From: Octopus vulgaris
Taxonomy: Eukaryota
Reading direction: 5' to 3'
Assembly (NCBI GenBank): GCA_951406725.2
Contig: OX597836.1
Location: forward strand, 11,656,001 to 11,720,000
DNA length: 64,000 nt
Shown: positions 42,550-57,197 of the stretch, piece by piece
Layout: every line of letters begins with the position of its first letter
How positions within the stretch are numbered: position 1 is the first letter of the stretch
Position numbers and translations under genes: made by a program
Notes under the pieces: model-generated
Told to the model about the DNA's origin: nothing
What the model saw: the letters and a program-made list of their open reading frames with translations, nothing else
Database searches by the model: none

Positions 42550-42846
42550 ACTTGTTATGCTGCGGCACCGCTTTGAAGTATATTTAGTGGGACGAATTGC
42601 CCCCTCCCCCACCCAGTACTTTTTTTTAAAAGCCTGGTACTTAATCTATCGGGACATTTACTGAACCGCTAAGTTACGGGGCCGTAAACACACCAATGTC
42701 GGCTGTCAAGTGGTGAAGTAAAATAAAACCACACACACACACACACACATACGACGTATTTCTTTTGGTTTCGTCCTACCAAATACACTCAAAGGGCTTT
42801 GATTGCCCGAGACTATAGTACAAGAAACTTACCCAAGATGCCACGC
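42550..42846 (-). mobile_element. Diverged SINE family A
   Basis: gaaccgctaagttacggggccgtaaacacacc and cccaagatgccacgca blocks. Confidence 0.75.
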
Positions 42847-43181
42847 ATTTAGATATATTATCATATAAGACTCGTTATCGCATACATTGGTCCAATCTAT
42901 ATTAATAAATTAATAGCTAATTACGCTCAGTTCCTTTTATAGCACTTGGCCGGTATTATCGTTACCGCAATAAAAATAGGGTTTCATTTTTTTTCCCGCT
43001 TCTCTATAGACATCCTTGCTTCGTTCTCACAAATACGTTCCTGTCGTTTTTTAATTAGTTTTGCATGGCTGACAGCTATTTCTCATGCGATTTCACTGCA
43101 TCCAATCTTTCTCTTTGCTTCAGCTCAAGGAATAATTAGCTGAAGAGACAAGTAGAGATCTATCGAGGATATTGCAATATG

Positions 43182-43254
<73 letters not shown>

Positions 43255-43259
<5 letters not shown>

Positions 43260-43460
43260 AATCCAAACAAGAAAACACAAAAAAAAACACAACAACGCGA
43301 GGACGTGGAACAAATATAGTATTATTGGACGCTCAAGAAAGAAGGGAAGAAGGAGGGTTTAACGTTTCGAGCGGAGCTCTTCGTCGGAAAAAATAGGAGA
43401 AGGTAAGATCCAGAGAAGGGAAGACAGAGGGAAAAAAATCGCCAACGGTACACACGCGGT
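43255..43460 (-). mobile_element. Short Penelope-like terminal piece with minimal hammerhead-like motif
   Basis: Near-identical reverse complement of 55415-55594; motif at 43357-43391; abuts (TA)n. Confidence 0.65.
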
Positions 43461-43876
43461 CAGGCACATGCTGTCAGTAATTACTCAGGCTAGGCAGTTG
43501 GTGGCGTTTATGTAAAACGCATAAAAAATATGCGTCTGTGTTTACTTCTGCCTTTATAGCACGTAAAGAAAACGGTGTTGTAGGAGTGTACGCAGCATGT
43601 GTACTACAGCATTACCATGCGTAGCTTAAACATTGGGATTGAAAAGCCGGAGCAGATTATTCCTACCTGATCTCCCAAATCAATAAAATATTTTGCATAT
43701 TATGCATAGTAATCAGAGTGACCTTCATAATTTTATTGAATTAGGTGCATATTTTGACATAAAAGGCAAATGTTGCTATCGATCTATTTTATTCAAGGTA
43801 GGAACTACATACCATGCCTACCTAATCGGCACGTCCCTGTTATATATGAACATACATACATACATACATACATACA

Positions 43877-43912
<36 letters not shown>

Positions 43913-43972
43913 TACACATACATATATATGTATATATATATATATATGTATGTATGTGTATATATGTATGTC

Positions 43973-44096
<124 letters not shown>

Positions 44097-44266
44097 CACA
44101 CACACATATACTCGTACGATACTGATACATAACGATACCACGCATGCAGTCACGCGCACACACACACACAAACACGCACAGACGCGCACATGACACCGCA
44201 TCTGTCAGTGCGTATGTGTATATCTAAATGTGTATGCGTTTGTGCGGGTGTGTAACTGCATGTGTT

Positions 44267-44309
<43 letters not shown>

Positions 44310-44679
44310 AATATCTGTAATATGTATGCGTCCTCTAAAGAGAGTTTTGAAACCCGAAACGCTTGTTCCAGTGTGGATCTCATATCTGAACAAACAAACC
44401 GTACGATATATTATCTAAGCGTTATTGAATAGCGCCATTTATTCACACACACACACGCGAGCGCGCGCATGTATATATATATATAATATCCTTAAAAAAT
44501 CCTTTAAAATGTTTTAGCCCGAAGGCTGCGGCCATGCTAGGGCACCACAGCGATATGTATGAATATGTATGCGTAAGTATATATGTGTGAATGCATTGAT
44601 ACATGTATGGTGGCATGAACGTGTATGTATAATATATACGTGTGTGTAGCTGTGTGTATGTGCGCGTGTGTATTCTTAT

Positions 44680-44806
44680 ATGTATGCTTGTATGTATGTA
44701 TGTATGTATGTACGTACGTACGTACGTATGTATGTATGTATGTATGTATGTGTGAATGTATGTATGTATGTATGTATGTATGTATGCATGTATGTATGTA
44801 TGTATG

Positions 44807-44838
<32 letters not shown>

Positions 44839-44936
44839 TGTATGTATGTATGTATGTATGTATGTATGTATGTATGTATGTATGTATGTATGTATGTATG
44901 TATGTATGTATGTATGTATGTATGTATGTATTTATG

Positions 44937-44968
<32 letters not shown>

Positions 44969-44995
44969 TGTATGTATGTATGTATGTATGTGAGT
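44680..44995. repeat. (TGTA)n tract
   Basis: Direct inspection. Confidence 0.97.
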
Positions 44996-45001
44996 GCCTG
45001 A

Positions 45002-45041
<40 letters not shown>

Positions 45042-45293
45042 GTATATATGAGTACACTATAAATGTGTGTGTGTATGTGTGTGTATTTGAGGGAGATTCT
45101 ATACTGTATTTAGGTTTTCTTTAGTTTTTTGGTGTTTTTTTTTTATTAATCGTGGAGTAGTATCTTCCGGTCGGTGAACCGGAAGTACTTTCTTATGACC
45201 GTCAAAGTATTTCTATATACGCACTCCTTTGTCCTTTATTTTGGATGCCGTTTCCAAAACACAGGAACGCTTTTCCGTCCCCTCAGTCTTACA

Positions 45294-45357
<64 letters not shown>

Positions 45358-45444
45358 ATACATACATTGTAGCATGAGTATATTTTCTCACTTCCTGCTC
45401 TGCCCACACTACATCTCTCTTAATATAAATTTCGTTTATATGTC

Positions 45445-45890
<446 letters not shown>

Positions 45891-45895
45891 CTTAC

Positions 45896-45980
45896 CTTGG
45901 CCCGTAGACTCTTGGAAGGACGAATAAGGCCAAAATGGAGAATATACTCGAATTCAACTCTAGCAATCTGCAGCTTTTTT
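45896..45980 (-). other. Candidate internal exon (85 bp) of an unidentified minus-strand transcript
   Basis: Acceptor tcgtttgtctccAG and strong donor AAG/GTAAGT; two of three frames open; no recognised homology. Confidence 0.3.
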
Positions 45981-46387
45981 CTGGAGACAAACGACGAGGT
46001 CTGGGGAAATACAGGAGTTCCTTTAGTCGTTACAAAATGCTTAGTAGAATGAACTGGCTGTGACTATACCCATTTGCTATTACTTTTACGGGGCATTATA
46101 ATACGTAATATACTTTTTTCTAAGACCAGCGAGCAGGTGTAATTTGAATAAACATATGGCTGCTATTTCTAGCAAGTCGATTAACTGCGCAGAGGCTTTC
46201 ATTTTAACTTAGATTAATGTATCTGAGACCTTTTAAACGAATGCCCTTTTCGTTTAGTAACACTTTCTCAATACTCACCGCCTCCTCGTTTCGATTCGGC
46301 AAAACGGAACACACCACGTACACATAAATGTACACACGTCAGGATGTTTCCTGATGCTACAGGTGCAGTGTGTGACTTTATTGCATA

Positions 46388-46554
46388 CTCTCTTTCTACT
46401 CTTTTACTTGTTTCAGTCATTCATTTGACTGCGGCCATGCTGGAGCACCGCCTTTAGTACTTATTCTATCGGTCTCTTTTTGCCGAACCGCTAAGTGACG
46501 GGGACGTAAACACACCAGCATCGGTTGTCAAGCAATGCTAGGGGGACAAGCACA

Positions 46555-46613
<59 letters not shown>

Positions 46614-46779
46614 ATATATACGACAGGCTTCTTTCAGTTTCTGTCTACCAAATCCACTCACAAGGCATTGGTCGGCCCGGGGCTATAGCAGAAGACACTT
46701 GCCCAAGATGCCACGCAGTGGGACTGAATCCGCAACCATGTGGTTGGTTAGCAAGCTACTTACCACACAGCCACTCCTA
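46388..46779 (-). mobile_element. SINE family A with a short internal deletion
   Basis: Colinear with the family. Confidence 0.9.
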
Positions 46780-47014
46780 TGGAAATACCCACAAATTTTG
46801 GCAATGTCTTTATATCTTACCAAGGTTAGGTTTTGTCTATCTCTCCTTGAGAAGACGATACAAGCAAAAACAATAATACCTTGGGAGACGATTCGATAAT
46901 TTACTTTTCTTTCTTCTGAGGTCTTATGTCTGTCAGAAATCCATATTGGTGTCCAGGACAAAACGTCTTGTAGTATTTAAAAGCATGTAAATTATCAGCA
47001 ATAAACAGAAGAAT

Positions 47015-47229
47015 ACTCTTTTACTCTTTTACTCTTTTACTTGTTTCAGTCATTCGACTGCGGCCATGCTGGAGCACCGCCTTTAGTCGAGCAACTCGAT
47101 CCCGGGACTTATTCTTTGTAAGCCCAGTACTTATTCTATCGGTCTCTTTTGCCGAACCGCTAAGTAACGGGGACATAAACACACCAGCATCGGTTGTCAA
47201 GCAATGCTAGGGGGACAAGCACAGACACA

Positions 47230-47305
<76 letters not shown>

Positions 47306-47472
47306 TACGACGAGCTTCTTTCAGTTTCCGTCTACCAAATCCACTCACAAGGCTTTGGTCAGCCCGAGGCTATAGTGGAAGACACTTGCCCAAGGTGCCA
47401 TACAGTGGGACTGAACCCGGAACCATGTGGTTGGTAAGCAAGCTACTTACCACACAGCCACTCCTGCGCCTA
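47015..47472 (-). mobile_element. SINE family A, full length
   Basis: Colinear with the family; tandem tactcttt tail. Confidence 0.93.
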
Positions 47473-47774
47473 TAATTTAAAAGATATTGTCAAAATTCCG
47501 GTGTATGAATATACATGCAATAAAGGCAGCCATTGCACCAATAACGTTAGGTAAGACATATCAATTTCCCTTCCGGATGTTCGATATCATTTTTCCTTCT
47601 TCAGGATTCGAGAAGAAAATAGTTGGTTTGGTTACTGTCACTAGAATCTAGAACCTACAGTGTAGAAACAATGGTGCTATAGACGCAGGTAGGGCAGTAT
47701 GGCTAAGAAGCACTCGTTTACGCAGAGACAGGGTTCCACGTTCGATCCCATTTTATGACAATAGCTAATATAAT

Positions 47775-47988
47775 TTCATTTTCGCTCTCTCATTCTCTTC
47801 CGTTCTTTTTCTTTTTCTCTCACGTTTTCTTCTTCTCTCTCTCTCCTCTCTCTCTCTTTCTTTTCTTTCTCTTTCTTTTCACTCTTTCTTTTCTCTTTCT
47901 TTCCTGTTTTCTCTCTCTCTCTTTTTCTTTTCACTCTTTCTTTTTTCTTTCTTTCCCTTTTTCACTCTCTTTTCACTCTTTCATTTTC

Positions 47989-48035
<47 letters not shown>

Positions 48036-48200
48036 GTTCTTTCGTTTCCCTCTATTTCATTCGCCTTTCTGTCTTTTCTCTCTCCCCTCTTACCCTCTTT
48101 CTCTTTCCTTCTTTCTTTCTTTCCCACTCTCTTTCCTTCCTTCTCTCTCTCTCTCTCTCTCTCTCTTCCTCCTCTCTCTCTCCTTTTCTTTCCTTCTCAA
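47775..48200. repeat. Polypyrimidine (CT/CTTT) tract
   Basis: Direct inspection. Confidence 0.92.
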
Positions 48201-48809
48201 TTCCTGTATACAATATTGCATTTCGAATCTCCTCTTCCAGCATCTCACGTATTTTCTCTTATTCCACTTCCATCTATAACTCTAATATTTTTTCCCAGAA
48301 AATTCTACTTCTTCGCATCTTTTGTTGTACTATGGTATTATCTTTTATTATCCATTTATCTAAACATTTGGCTTTGTCTTGTAGAAACAGCGGTCAAAGT
48401 CAGAGAAAACGTAATTTTCTCCAGCTGAACGAAAATATACAATTTTAAATTCATATATATTAAACATCATATCATTACTTTGCTATGCAAACTGCCTGGA
48501 GGTGCATAGTTAGAAATTTTGCTGTGAAACGCTGATTCTTTTTTGTGTTTGCAGTTGACAACTTCCATATTTACATAGCCCCATGTGATAAACCATTTAC
48601 TCTTATTTGCAATTTATTTCTAAGTGTGTTCTCGATGTGTTGCATAAATAAACAGCTATATTCCATACGCATAATATAATATATTCTGTTATTTTATCGG
48701 AAACATTGTGGATAAATCATACGGAATATAAATGACATTCATACTTAGAGATCTAAGACTATACTTTCGCGAAATGTATCGCAAAACAAACGTGGGATTA
48801 TTCCTTTTG

Positions 48810-49215
48810 TTCTTCGATTCTTTTGCTTGAATCATTCATTAGGTAGCGGTCATGCTGGGGCAACACCTTTTCTAATGCTTTTCTCTTTTATCATTCACGT
48901 GTTTCAGTCACTAGACTGCGGCCATGCTGGGGCACCGCCTTTTTTAATGCTTTCTCTTTTATCATTCACGTGTTTCAGTCACTAGACTGCGGCCATGCTG
49001 GGGCACCACCTTTTTTAATGCTTTCTCTTTTATCGCTCGCGTGTTTCAATCACTAGACTGCGGCCATGCTGGAGCACCACCTTTTTTAATGCTTTCTCTT
49101 TTATCGTTCACGTGTTTCAGTCACTAAACTGCGGCCATGCTGGGGCACCACCTTTTTAAATGCTTTCTCTTTTATCGTTCACGTGTTTCAGTCACTAGAC
49201 TGCGGCCATGCTGAA
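48810..49215 (-). repeat. 71-bp tandem repeat (about 6 units) built from the family A SINE tail
   Basis: aatgcttt starts at 48874, 48946, 49017, 49088, 49159; each unit holds gtttcagtcactagactgcggccatgctggggcacc; last unit runs on into a SINE body (to about 49520). Confidence 0.92.
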
Positions 49216-50867
49216 GCACCGACTTCAAAACTCTTTAGTTGAGTGGATCGACTCCTGCTACTTATCCTATCGGGTCGCTTTTGCTGAATCGCTAAGTTAC
49301 GGGGACGTAAACACGCCGACACTGGTTGTCCAAGGAGTGGTGAGGTACAAATACACAGACACATATGCAACGAGCTTCTTTCGGTTTCCGTCTACGATAT
49401 TCACTCACAAGGCTTTGGTCTGCTCGAAGCTATTGTAGAAGACATTTTCCCAAGGTGCCACGCAGCGGGACAGAACCCGGAACCATGAAGTTGGGAAACA
49501 ACCACACAGACACACCCACTGGAATGAAAGCTTTAGTCAAACAAATCGACCGCAGTACTCTTAGCTTTTTTTTTTTTTTAAATCTGGTTCCTATTTTATT
49601 GGTTTCTTTAACCAACACCCCGGGGTACAGGCACATACACAAACCAACACCGGTTGTCAAGTGGTTGGGTACACACAAACGCGCACACATACTATCACAC
49701 ACACAAACACTCACACAGACGCTCATACAAACACATGCCAACACTAAACAACAATAAATACGAAAACAAGCGAGTTAAATACGCAAACAAGGAGAGAGAG
49801 AGAAAATTGAAAAACAGGATAAATAACACAAAGAACGACCCTTCATCAGTTGTTGACTCTCTATCTACTCCTCATTTCGATGGGCTTAATTCAGTTTCCA
49901 TCTACCAAATCCATTCACAGCCCGAGGCTATAGAAAAAAAAAACACTTGCCCAAGGTACCATACAGTGGGATTGAACTTGGAACCATGTGGCTGGGGAAC
50001 AAGCTTCTTACCACACTGCCACACATGTTTGAAAACATAAAATTTTGGTGCATAATATAGTTAGTCAAAAAAGTTTGTGACTCAGTACAATTTATTGTTG
50101 CGACTAGATTTTATCTTGTCATAATTTCTGGTAACAGGTGTTAAATGAGTAGCAAAAAGCATAATAATTATATTATGGCCTCCAATAACATATTCAGATA
50201 GAAAAAGTAACAGTATTTTTTAACAGATCGAACTCATAAAGCAAGTAGTGCAAAGAGGAAGCGTGCTGTGTAAAGGGAAATAAAAAAACACTGCGGACTT
50301 CTGGGGCAGCAATTTTTAATTAAATGAGATGTTTAAACACGACTTGAAACGAAATAGGTCTATATAATTAAATGCCGTGGGAAAACGTTTGAATGAAAGC
50401 ACAAATGGGTTTGTTTTTGTTGGGGTTTTTTGGTAAAATTTTCACAAAGCTAGCTAGGAAATTAATTTAAAGATGGGCCCGAACCGAAGTCATAAAAATC
50501 GGCAACATGTAGGAACATGAAAATACAAGTCGACTCTTCACATCCATGTGCAAGCATATATATGTATGCACGTAGGAATGCATGTATAAATGTATACATA
50601 CATATATATATAAATTTAAATGTGTATGTGTGTGTGTGTGTGTGTGTGTAGTCCGATAACAGACAAAGTCAATGACTTTTGAAAATGTTGCAAGACGCAA
50701 CGAAAATTTTAGTAAAAAATAAATAAGTGAAAGCGTGTGTGTTAAAGTAATAAAGAACTAAAAGAGAATGGTTCTCCCCAGACACAATAAAATATGCTTC
50801 AACACACGAATTCAGATAATGAATCTTGCAAGCCACAAAAAAAATTAAATATTTAAATATTTAAATA

Positions 50868-51145
50868 TTCCACCTTCTAACCCTGAAAGCTCGTTCCGTT
50901 GTTAAACCTCGGCTTTTAAGGTCTTTTGCTATTGTTCTCCGCCCTGTTTCCTTTGGTCGGCCACGTCTTCTTTTACCTTGCGGAACCCATTGCAAAGCGA
51001 TCCTGACTGAGTTCGCTTTATAGCAACGAACTCGACCCAGCCATTTCCATCTCCTTGCTTCAACAGTCTCTCATTATTTGCACGTTAGCCTTGGTGTGTA
51101 TTTCGATATTCGAGATCATATTCGGCCAGTAGACCTTCAAAATCT
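50868..51145 (-). mobile_element. Decayed RTE-clade LINE C-terminal fragment
   Basis: Minus strand: ILKVYWPNMISN...ARRWKWLGRV...IALQWVPQGKRRRGRPKETGRRTI, the conserved RTE C-terminal signature. Confidence 0.85.
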
Positions 51146-51489
51146 TTCAATGGAAGGATGAACGTGAGTATATATATGCTTGTATTCATTGTATCACTTA
51201 AATACTTTTTATATATATTCTGCTGTTTCGGACTTCCAAGCGAGCAGCAATTTTTAAATCCCCGCCTATAATGTTTCTCTCATCGCTTAGAACAAGAAAA
51301 TCTGTTGAATAATTTTGGGAAAATTGGGGACCAAGTTCTTACCGATGCATAACTCTATGAGTGTATAAATACAGTTGTCATTGTTAATTTTCGGTACAAC
51401 TGCCATATAATGTCTATTGTCTACAATGAACAAATCAGATAATTTAATTTTGCGAAAAGATAGAAAACCTATCACTAAGATGTATTTGA

Positions 51490-51833
51490 GTGTAGGCTTA
51501 TTCTTTCAGGACAGAGACCCCTTTTGGTCACGAATGACCATGGGATTGCACCTTGAAAGTTACCCTCCAAGGCACAAATCCGGGTTGTTTATGAAAGACC
51601 AGCAGTTGCCCATGCATACCGGCCTTCCCTCTCCACGCCACCAGTGTTATCCAAGGGAAAGGTAAAGGCCGATACAGCTTGGCACCAGTGACGTCGCAAC
51701 TCATTTCTACTGCTGAGTGAACTGGAGCAACGTGAAATAAAGTGTCTTGCTCAAGAACACAACACGCAGCCCGGTCCGGGATTCGAACTCACTATCTCAC
51801 AGTCGTAAGATCGACCCTCTAACCATGGAGCAA
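51490..51833 (-). mobile_element. SINE family D, tRNA head plus CORE-like central domain
   Basis: Minus strand tggttagaggg...gagttcgaatcccgg (A/B boxes), then gtgttcttgagcaagacactttatttcacg...actcagcagtagaaatgag. Confidence 0.8.
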
Positions 51834-52424
51834 GAGAATAATATTCATATAAACAAATTTTTCTCGAATATAATTGCTTATATTTTGTCACGCTAATTTT
51901 CTCGAATATAATTGTTATATTTTGTCACGCTAATTTTCAGTCGTGTACGTTATCGCTAATGTGAAACTACGAGTAATGATGCCAGAAACCCAGTTTTCCA
52001 TAAAATTATGACGCTTTACTTTATATATTGAGTAATCTTTTTTTGCCTTTCTAAACTCAATCGCCCACCAATCTTGCATTTTTGTTGAGTCGTATTTTTG
52101 TGTGCAACTGTATGTGTATTTGTGTGATTGTGCATTAATGTATACGCTTTTCACTTTTATGAAATCGCCGAAAAAAGTAATACATATATAACTTATGAAT
52201 TTATTGCTAAAATATTCACATATTCTTAGTCATTTTTCATACTGCTACCTCGCATGCGTCCACGCACGCACACACATACACATGAAAATATATGTAAATG
52301 TGCGAGAGTGTAGGTTGTTGGGAGTGTCTGTATACAAAGGCATTGTTGTGTACGCGTGCGTTTACAGTAAACTGTTTATTCATATAAATGTACTAAGTGT
52401 GTCTGTGAATACATGAACATACAT

Positions 52425-53083
52425 ATACTCTTTTACTCCTTTACTTGTTTCAGTCATTTGACTGCGTCCATGCTGGAGCACCGCCTTCAGTCGAGCAAAT
52501 CGACCCTAAGGACTTATTCTTTGTAAGCCTAGTACTTATTCTATCGGGCTCTCTTGCCGAACCGCTAAGTGACGGGGACGTAAACACACCAGCATCGGCT
52601 GTCAAGCGATGTTGGGGGGACAAACACAGACACACAAATACACACACACATATATATGATATATATGTATCAAATGAAATAAAAACAGAACACAAAGGAT
52701 GTCGCGGTACACATGTTTCGAGCTTTATAAAACAACATATTCTTACATCAATGTATAATCGACATAACATATAGTTTAAAGCCCTCTTCAGCCGCATGCA
52801 ATTGCTACACCAAAGATTTGTATCACATTATGAAAGGTCTGAGAAAGAACATTTGGTATTATTTATAATGGTAGGTAAACTGAGTATCACTGAGAAAGTA
52901 TATATATATATATATATATATATATGACGGGTTTCTTTCAGTTTCCGTCTACCAAATCCACTCACAAGGCTTTGATCGGCCCGAGGCTATAGTAGAAGAC
53001 ACTTGCTGAAGGTGTCACGGACTGAACCCGGAACCATGTGGTTGGTAAGCAAGCTACTTACCGCACAGCCGCTCCTGCGCCTA
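52425..53083 (-). mobile_element. SINE family A split by an about 240-bp insertion in its internal microsatellite
   Basis: 3' half 52425-52650, unrelated 52665-52900, 5' half 52925-53083. Confidence 0.85.
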
Positions 53084-53164
53084 TATACACGTAAAAATAT
53101 ACATATTACAACTGTCTACGTATATGCATACATACATACATACCTTCATACATACATACAACAC

Positions 53165-53201
53165 AAGTAGTAGAAGTTGCAGCAGCAGTAGCAGCAGCAG
53201 C

Positions 53202-53258
<57 letters not shown>

Positions 53259-53264
53259 TGCAGC

Positions 53265-53299
<35 letters not shown>

Positions 53300-53376
53300 C
53301 AGCAGCAGTAGTAGCAGTAGTTGCAGCAGCAGCAGTAGTAGTAGTAATAGTAGTAGTAGTAGTAGTAGCAGTAGTT

Positions 53377-53438
<62 letters not shown>

Positions 53439-53505
53439 TGTTGTAGTAGTTGTAGTTGCAGCAGTAGTAGCAGTAGTAATAGTAGTAGTAGTAGTAGCAG
53501 TAGTT

Positions 53506-53548
<43 letters not shown>

Positions 53549-53555
53549 CAGCAGT
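53165..53555. repeat. (AGT)n/(AGC)n tract
   Basis: Direct inspection; explains the poly-S and poly-T/A ORFs. Confidence 0.96.
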
Positions 53556-53704
53556 CATAGTATCTGCAAGCAATTCTGTATCAATCATAAAAAAATAAAA
53601 GTAAAAGGCCGCCTGCTGTCAAGAGAAACTTTCGGAATGATATTTCAGCTGCGTTTAAATAGCTTTGACCGTTTATATAAGCTTGCCTTTTTACAACATT
53701 AGGC

Positions 53705-53741
<37 letters not shown>

Positions 53742-54272
53742 CATGGAAACTGGTTCAAACTGTCCCCTTTTTTCTTGGCAGCTTTACCCTTATTTCGCCT
53801 CCCTTCGCCCCTATTATTTCGTATTCATAAGTGCAAAACAAATAGTTTTCTGGAGAATAATAATAATAATATTATTCGGTTTTATGTTTAGCATCCTGAC
53901 TTTTCTTTATAGGTGACTCATATTTTAGTTGTGAAGTATAGGTGTGTACGTATGTGCTTAGGGACATCTGTATGCGCTTATGTAGGAATTTGTGTGTGTG
54001 TGTGCTTGCGTAGGAATTTGTGTGTATGAATGTGTGTGTGTAGGAACGTATGCATGCGTGTGACTATGTGTATATGTAGGAAGACGTGAGCGTGTATGAA
54101 TGTGTGTGCGTAAGTATCTGTATGAATATAGTTGTGTAGGTTTATATATCTGTATGTACGTACGTGTGTGTGTATGTGTGTGTGTGTGTGAATGTGTTTG
54201 GTTTCGTACAAATGGTTGTAGGTGAGCGTGTTCGCGTTCATGAGCATGTGTGTGTGTGTGTGTGCGCGCGTA

Positions 54273-54795
54273 TGAGTTCAAATTCCGCCGAGGTCGACTT
54301 TGCCTTTCATCCTTTCGGGGTCGATAAAATTAAGTACCAGTTACGCACTGGCGTCGATATATTCGGCTTAATCCGTTTGTCTGTCTTTGTTTGTCCTCTC
54401 TGTGTTTAGCCCCTTGTGGGTAGTAAAGAAATAGGCATTTCGTCTGTCTTTATGTTCTAAGATCAAATTCCGCCGAGGTCGACTTTGCCTTTCATCTTTT
54501 CGGGGTCGATAAATTAAGTACCATTTACGCACTGGGGTCGATGTAATCGACTTAATCCGTTTGTCTGTCCTTGCTTGTCTCCTCTGTGTTTAGCCCCTTG
54601 TGGGTAGCAAAGAAATAGGTATTTCGCCTACCGTCGAGGTCGCCGAGGTCGACTTTGCCTTTCATTCTTTCGGAGGTCGATCAAATAAGTACCAGTGATG
54701 CACTGGCGTCGATATATTCGGCTTAATCCGTTTGTCTGTCCTTGTTTGTCCTCTCTGTGTTTAGCCCCTTGTGGGCAATAAAGAAATAGGTATTG
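54273..54795 (+). mobile_element. Head-to-tail array of three family C SINE units
   Basis: gccgaggtcgactttgcctttcat...gtgtttagccccttgtggg...aaagaaatagg three times at about 175-bp period. Confidence 0.92.
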
Positions 54796-54799
54796 CGCA

Positions 54800-55291
54800 T
54801 CGTGAATTCGTTCACCAGAGCCAAACCAACAATGGCGAATTCTACTGCGACATTTTGAAGCGTTTAAGGGCGGACATTCGGCGATAGCGACCGGATGTGT
54901 GGAGTGCAAAGAACTGGATTCTTCATGACGACAATACACCTTGTCACTGAGCTCTCCTCACCTGCCCTATTCGCCAGATTTAGCACATGCAAACTTCCGT
55001 CTTTTCCTCAAATGAAAATGTAACTCAAAGGTCCCTGTTTTAACTTCGTATTAGTGTCGTACACGTAGACCCAACTCTCGTCACTGATTCCAGAACGAAT
55101 CACAGAAGGTTCTCGACTCGCCTACGGAAAACGACTTCCAGGCCGGATTCCAAAAGTAGCAAAGACGCAGGAACAGGTGTAGTGCTGCGCAAGGTAACTA
55201 TTTCGAAGGAGATGATGTTAAAACATGGTTAAATAAGTTATTTTTTTTATTAAACATGACTAACCCGGGAACTTTTTGAAACCACCATGTA
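54800..55291 (+). pseudogene. Decayed mariner transposase 3' fragment with right TIR
   Basis: WILHDDNTPCH, PYSPDLAHANFRLF, ...AQGNYFEGDDV; ends ccgggaactttttgaaaccaccatgta (mariner-like TIR plus TA). Confidence 0.85.
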
Positions 55292-55414
55292 TTTTTTTTT
55301 GTGCCAAGGAACAACCCGATACACGCATGCGTACGATACACACACTCACGCTAGATACAATTCACACACAGAGAGACTTACGCACATACACACTTACACG
55401 CACACACACTTGCG

Positions 55415-55594
55415 CAGGTACACACTGTCTTCCCTTCTCTGGATCTTTCCTTCTCCTATGTTTCCGACGAAGAGCTCCGCTCGAAACGTTAAACCCTCCT
55501 TCTTTCCTTCTTTCATGAGCGTCCAATAATACTATATTTGTTCCACGTCCTCGCGTTGTTGTGTTTTTTTGTGCTTTCTCGTTTGGATTAACTT
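55415..55594 (+). mobile_element. Short Penelope-like terminal piece with minimal hammerhead-like motif
   Basis: gttt-CCGACGA-a-gagc(tcc)gctc-GAAA-cgtt-aaac at 55460-55494; followed by (TA)n. Confidence 0.65.
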
Positions 55595-55636
55595 TATATA
55601 TATATATATATACATACATACACACACACACACGTA

Positions 55637-55672
<36 letters not shown>

Positions 55673-55830
55673 CACACACATATACATGCGTACATACATT
55701 CATACATACATACATATATTCATTCATACATACATACGTACATTTTTGCAATCACATACACACATACACACTCACATCACATACACACACACATACATAC
55801 AGACAGACTTCACTGTACTTCCTGCTCCAC

Positions 55831-55863
<33 letters not shown>

Positions 55864-55899
55864 TTCTCTTTCTTACACACACACTCACACACAACACAC

Positions 55900-56404
55900 A
55901 CACATGCAGAATGCTAGTGTATAATTTTGCCATTTACATTATTCACACTAAACAAGCTCAAAAAACACACATCTTTTCACACATGCATACACACACACAT
56001 ACCAATACACACAGACACACATTTTTCACATACGCACACACACACACATACACACACACATACATCTTTTCACACACGCACACACACGCACACACACAAA
56101 CACACATCTTTTCACACACGCACACACACACACACATCTTTTTACACACGCACACACACACATACACATACACATACACACAGACACACATCTTTTCACA
56201 CACGCACACACACACACATCTTTTCACACACGCACACACACACACATCTTTTCACACACGCACACACACACACATACACATACACACAAACACACATCTT
56301 TTCACACACGCACACACACACACACACATACACATACACACACGCACACACACACACACACATACACATACACTACACATACACACACACACACATCTTT
56401 TCAC

Positions 56405-56444
<40 letters not shown>

Positions 56445-56530
56445 ACAACACACACACATGCACAATGCTAGTGTATAATTTTGCCATCTACAATATTCAC
56501 ACTACACAAGCTCAAAAAACACACACATCT

Positions 56531-56606
<76 letters not shown>

Positions 56607-56620
56607 ACACTCACACACAC
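55900..56620. repeat. (CA)n-derived minisatellite punctuated by catcttttca, with an about 555-bp-spaced duplication
   Basis: aatgctagtgtataattttgccat...caagctcaaaaaacacac at about 55910 and 56463. Confidence 0.9.
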
Positions 56621-56850
56621 ACTTCTCCTCGCATACCTTGAAAAAACTTCTTTTTAACACACACACTCTCTCTCATCAACACCTAACGCACTCGCTTAGC
56701 GTCGACCGTCAAAGACCCGGAGCTGTAATTTTCAAAACCGGGAATCGAAGCGACAAAATAAATATTTGACTTAAATTCAACGCGAAATAATAAAAAGTTT
56801 CGATGTGTGACATGAAGGGGAATGAGCAGAATTAAACGGGAAATACTTAC

Positions 56851-56888
56851 TGCAATTTTACTAGGGAAATTAGATAGTTTTTCTCCAT
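56851..56888 (-). CDS. Candidate first coding exon (MEKNYLISLVKL + 2 nt) of an unidentified gene
   Basis: gccATGG Kozak-like start, donor GCA/GTAAGTA, GC boxes about 700 bp upstream; no recognised homology. Confidence 0.25.
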
Positions 56889-57067
56889 GGCACTTGTGTG
56901 TGTTCTAAGTAAACCGATCTGAAATAAACCAGTTGATATCAGCTCGTCACCGACACCACCGACAACAACAACAACAACGACAACAACAATAATAACAACA
57001 CCGCGAGATACACACACACGTATATTATTACATAGGTCCTTTGTGAAGCGACTAATGAATGAAGCAG

Positions 57068-57153
57068 AAGTGGTGGTGGTGGTGGTGGTGGTGGTGGTGG
57101 TGGTAGTAGTAGTAGTAGAAGTAGTAGTGGTGGTGGTGGTGGTGGTGGTGGTG

Positions 57154-57197
<44 letters not shown>

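Noticed and set aside
48810-49215. CRISPR-like array
   Set aside because: Units repeat in full with no unique spacers, derive from a SINE tail, and the context is eukaryotic with no cas genes.
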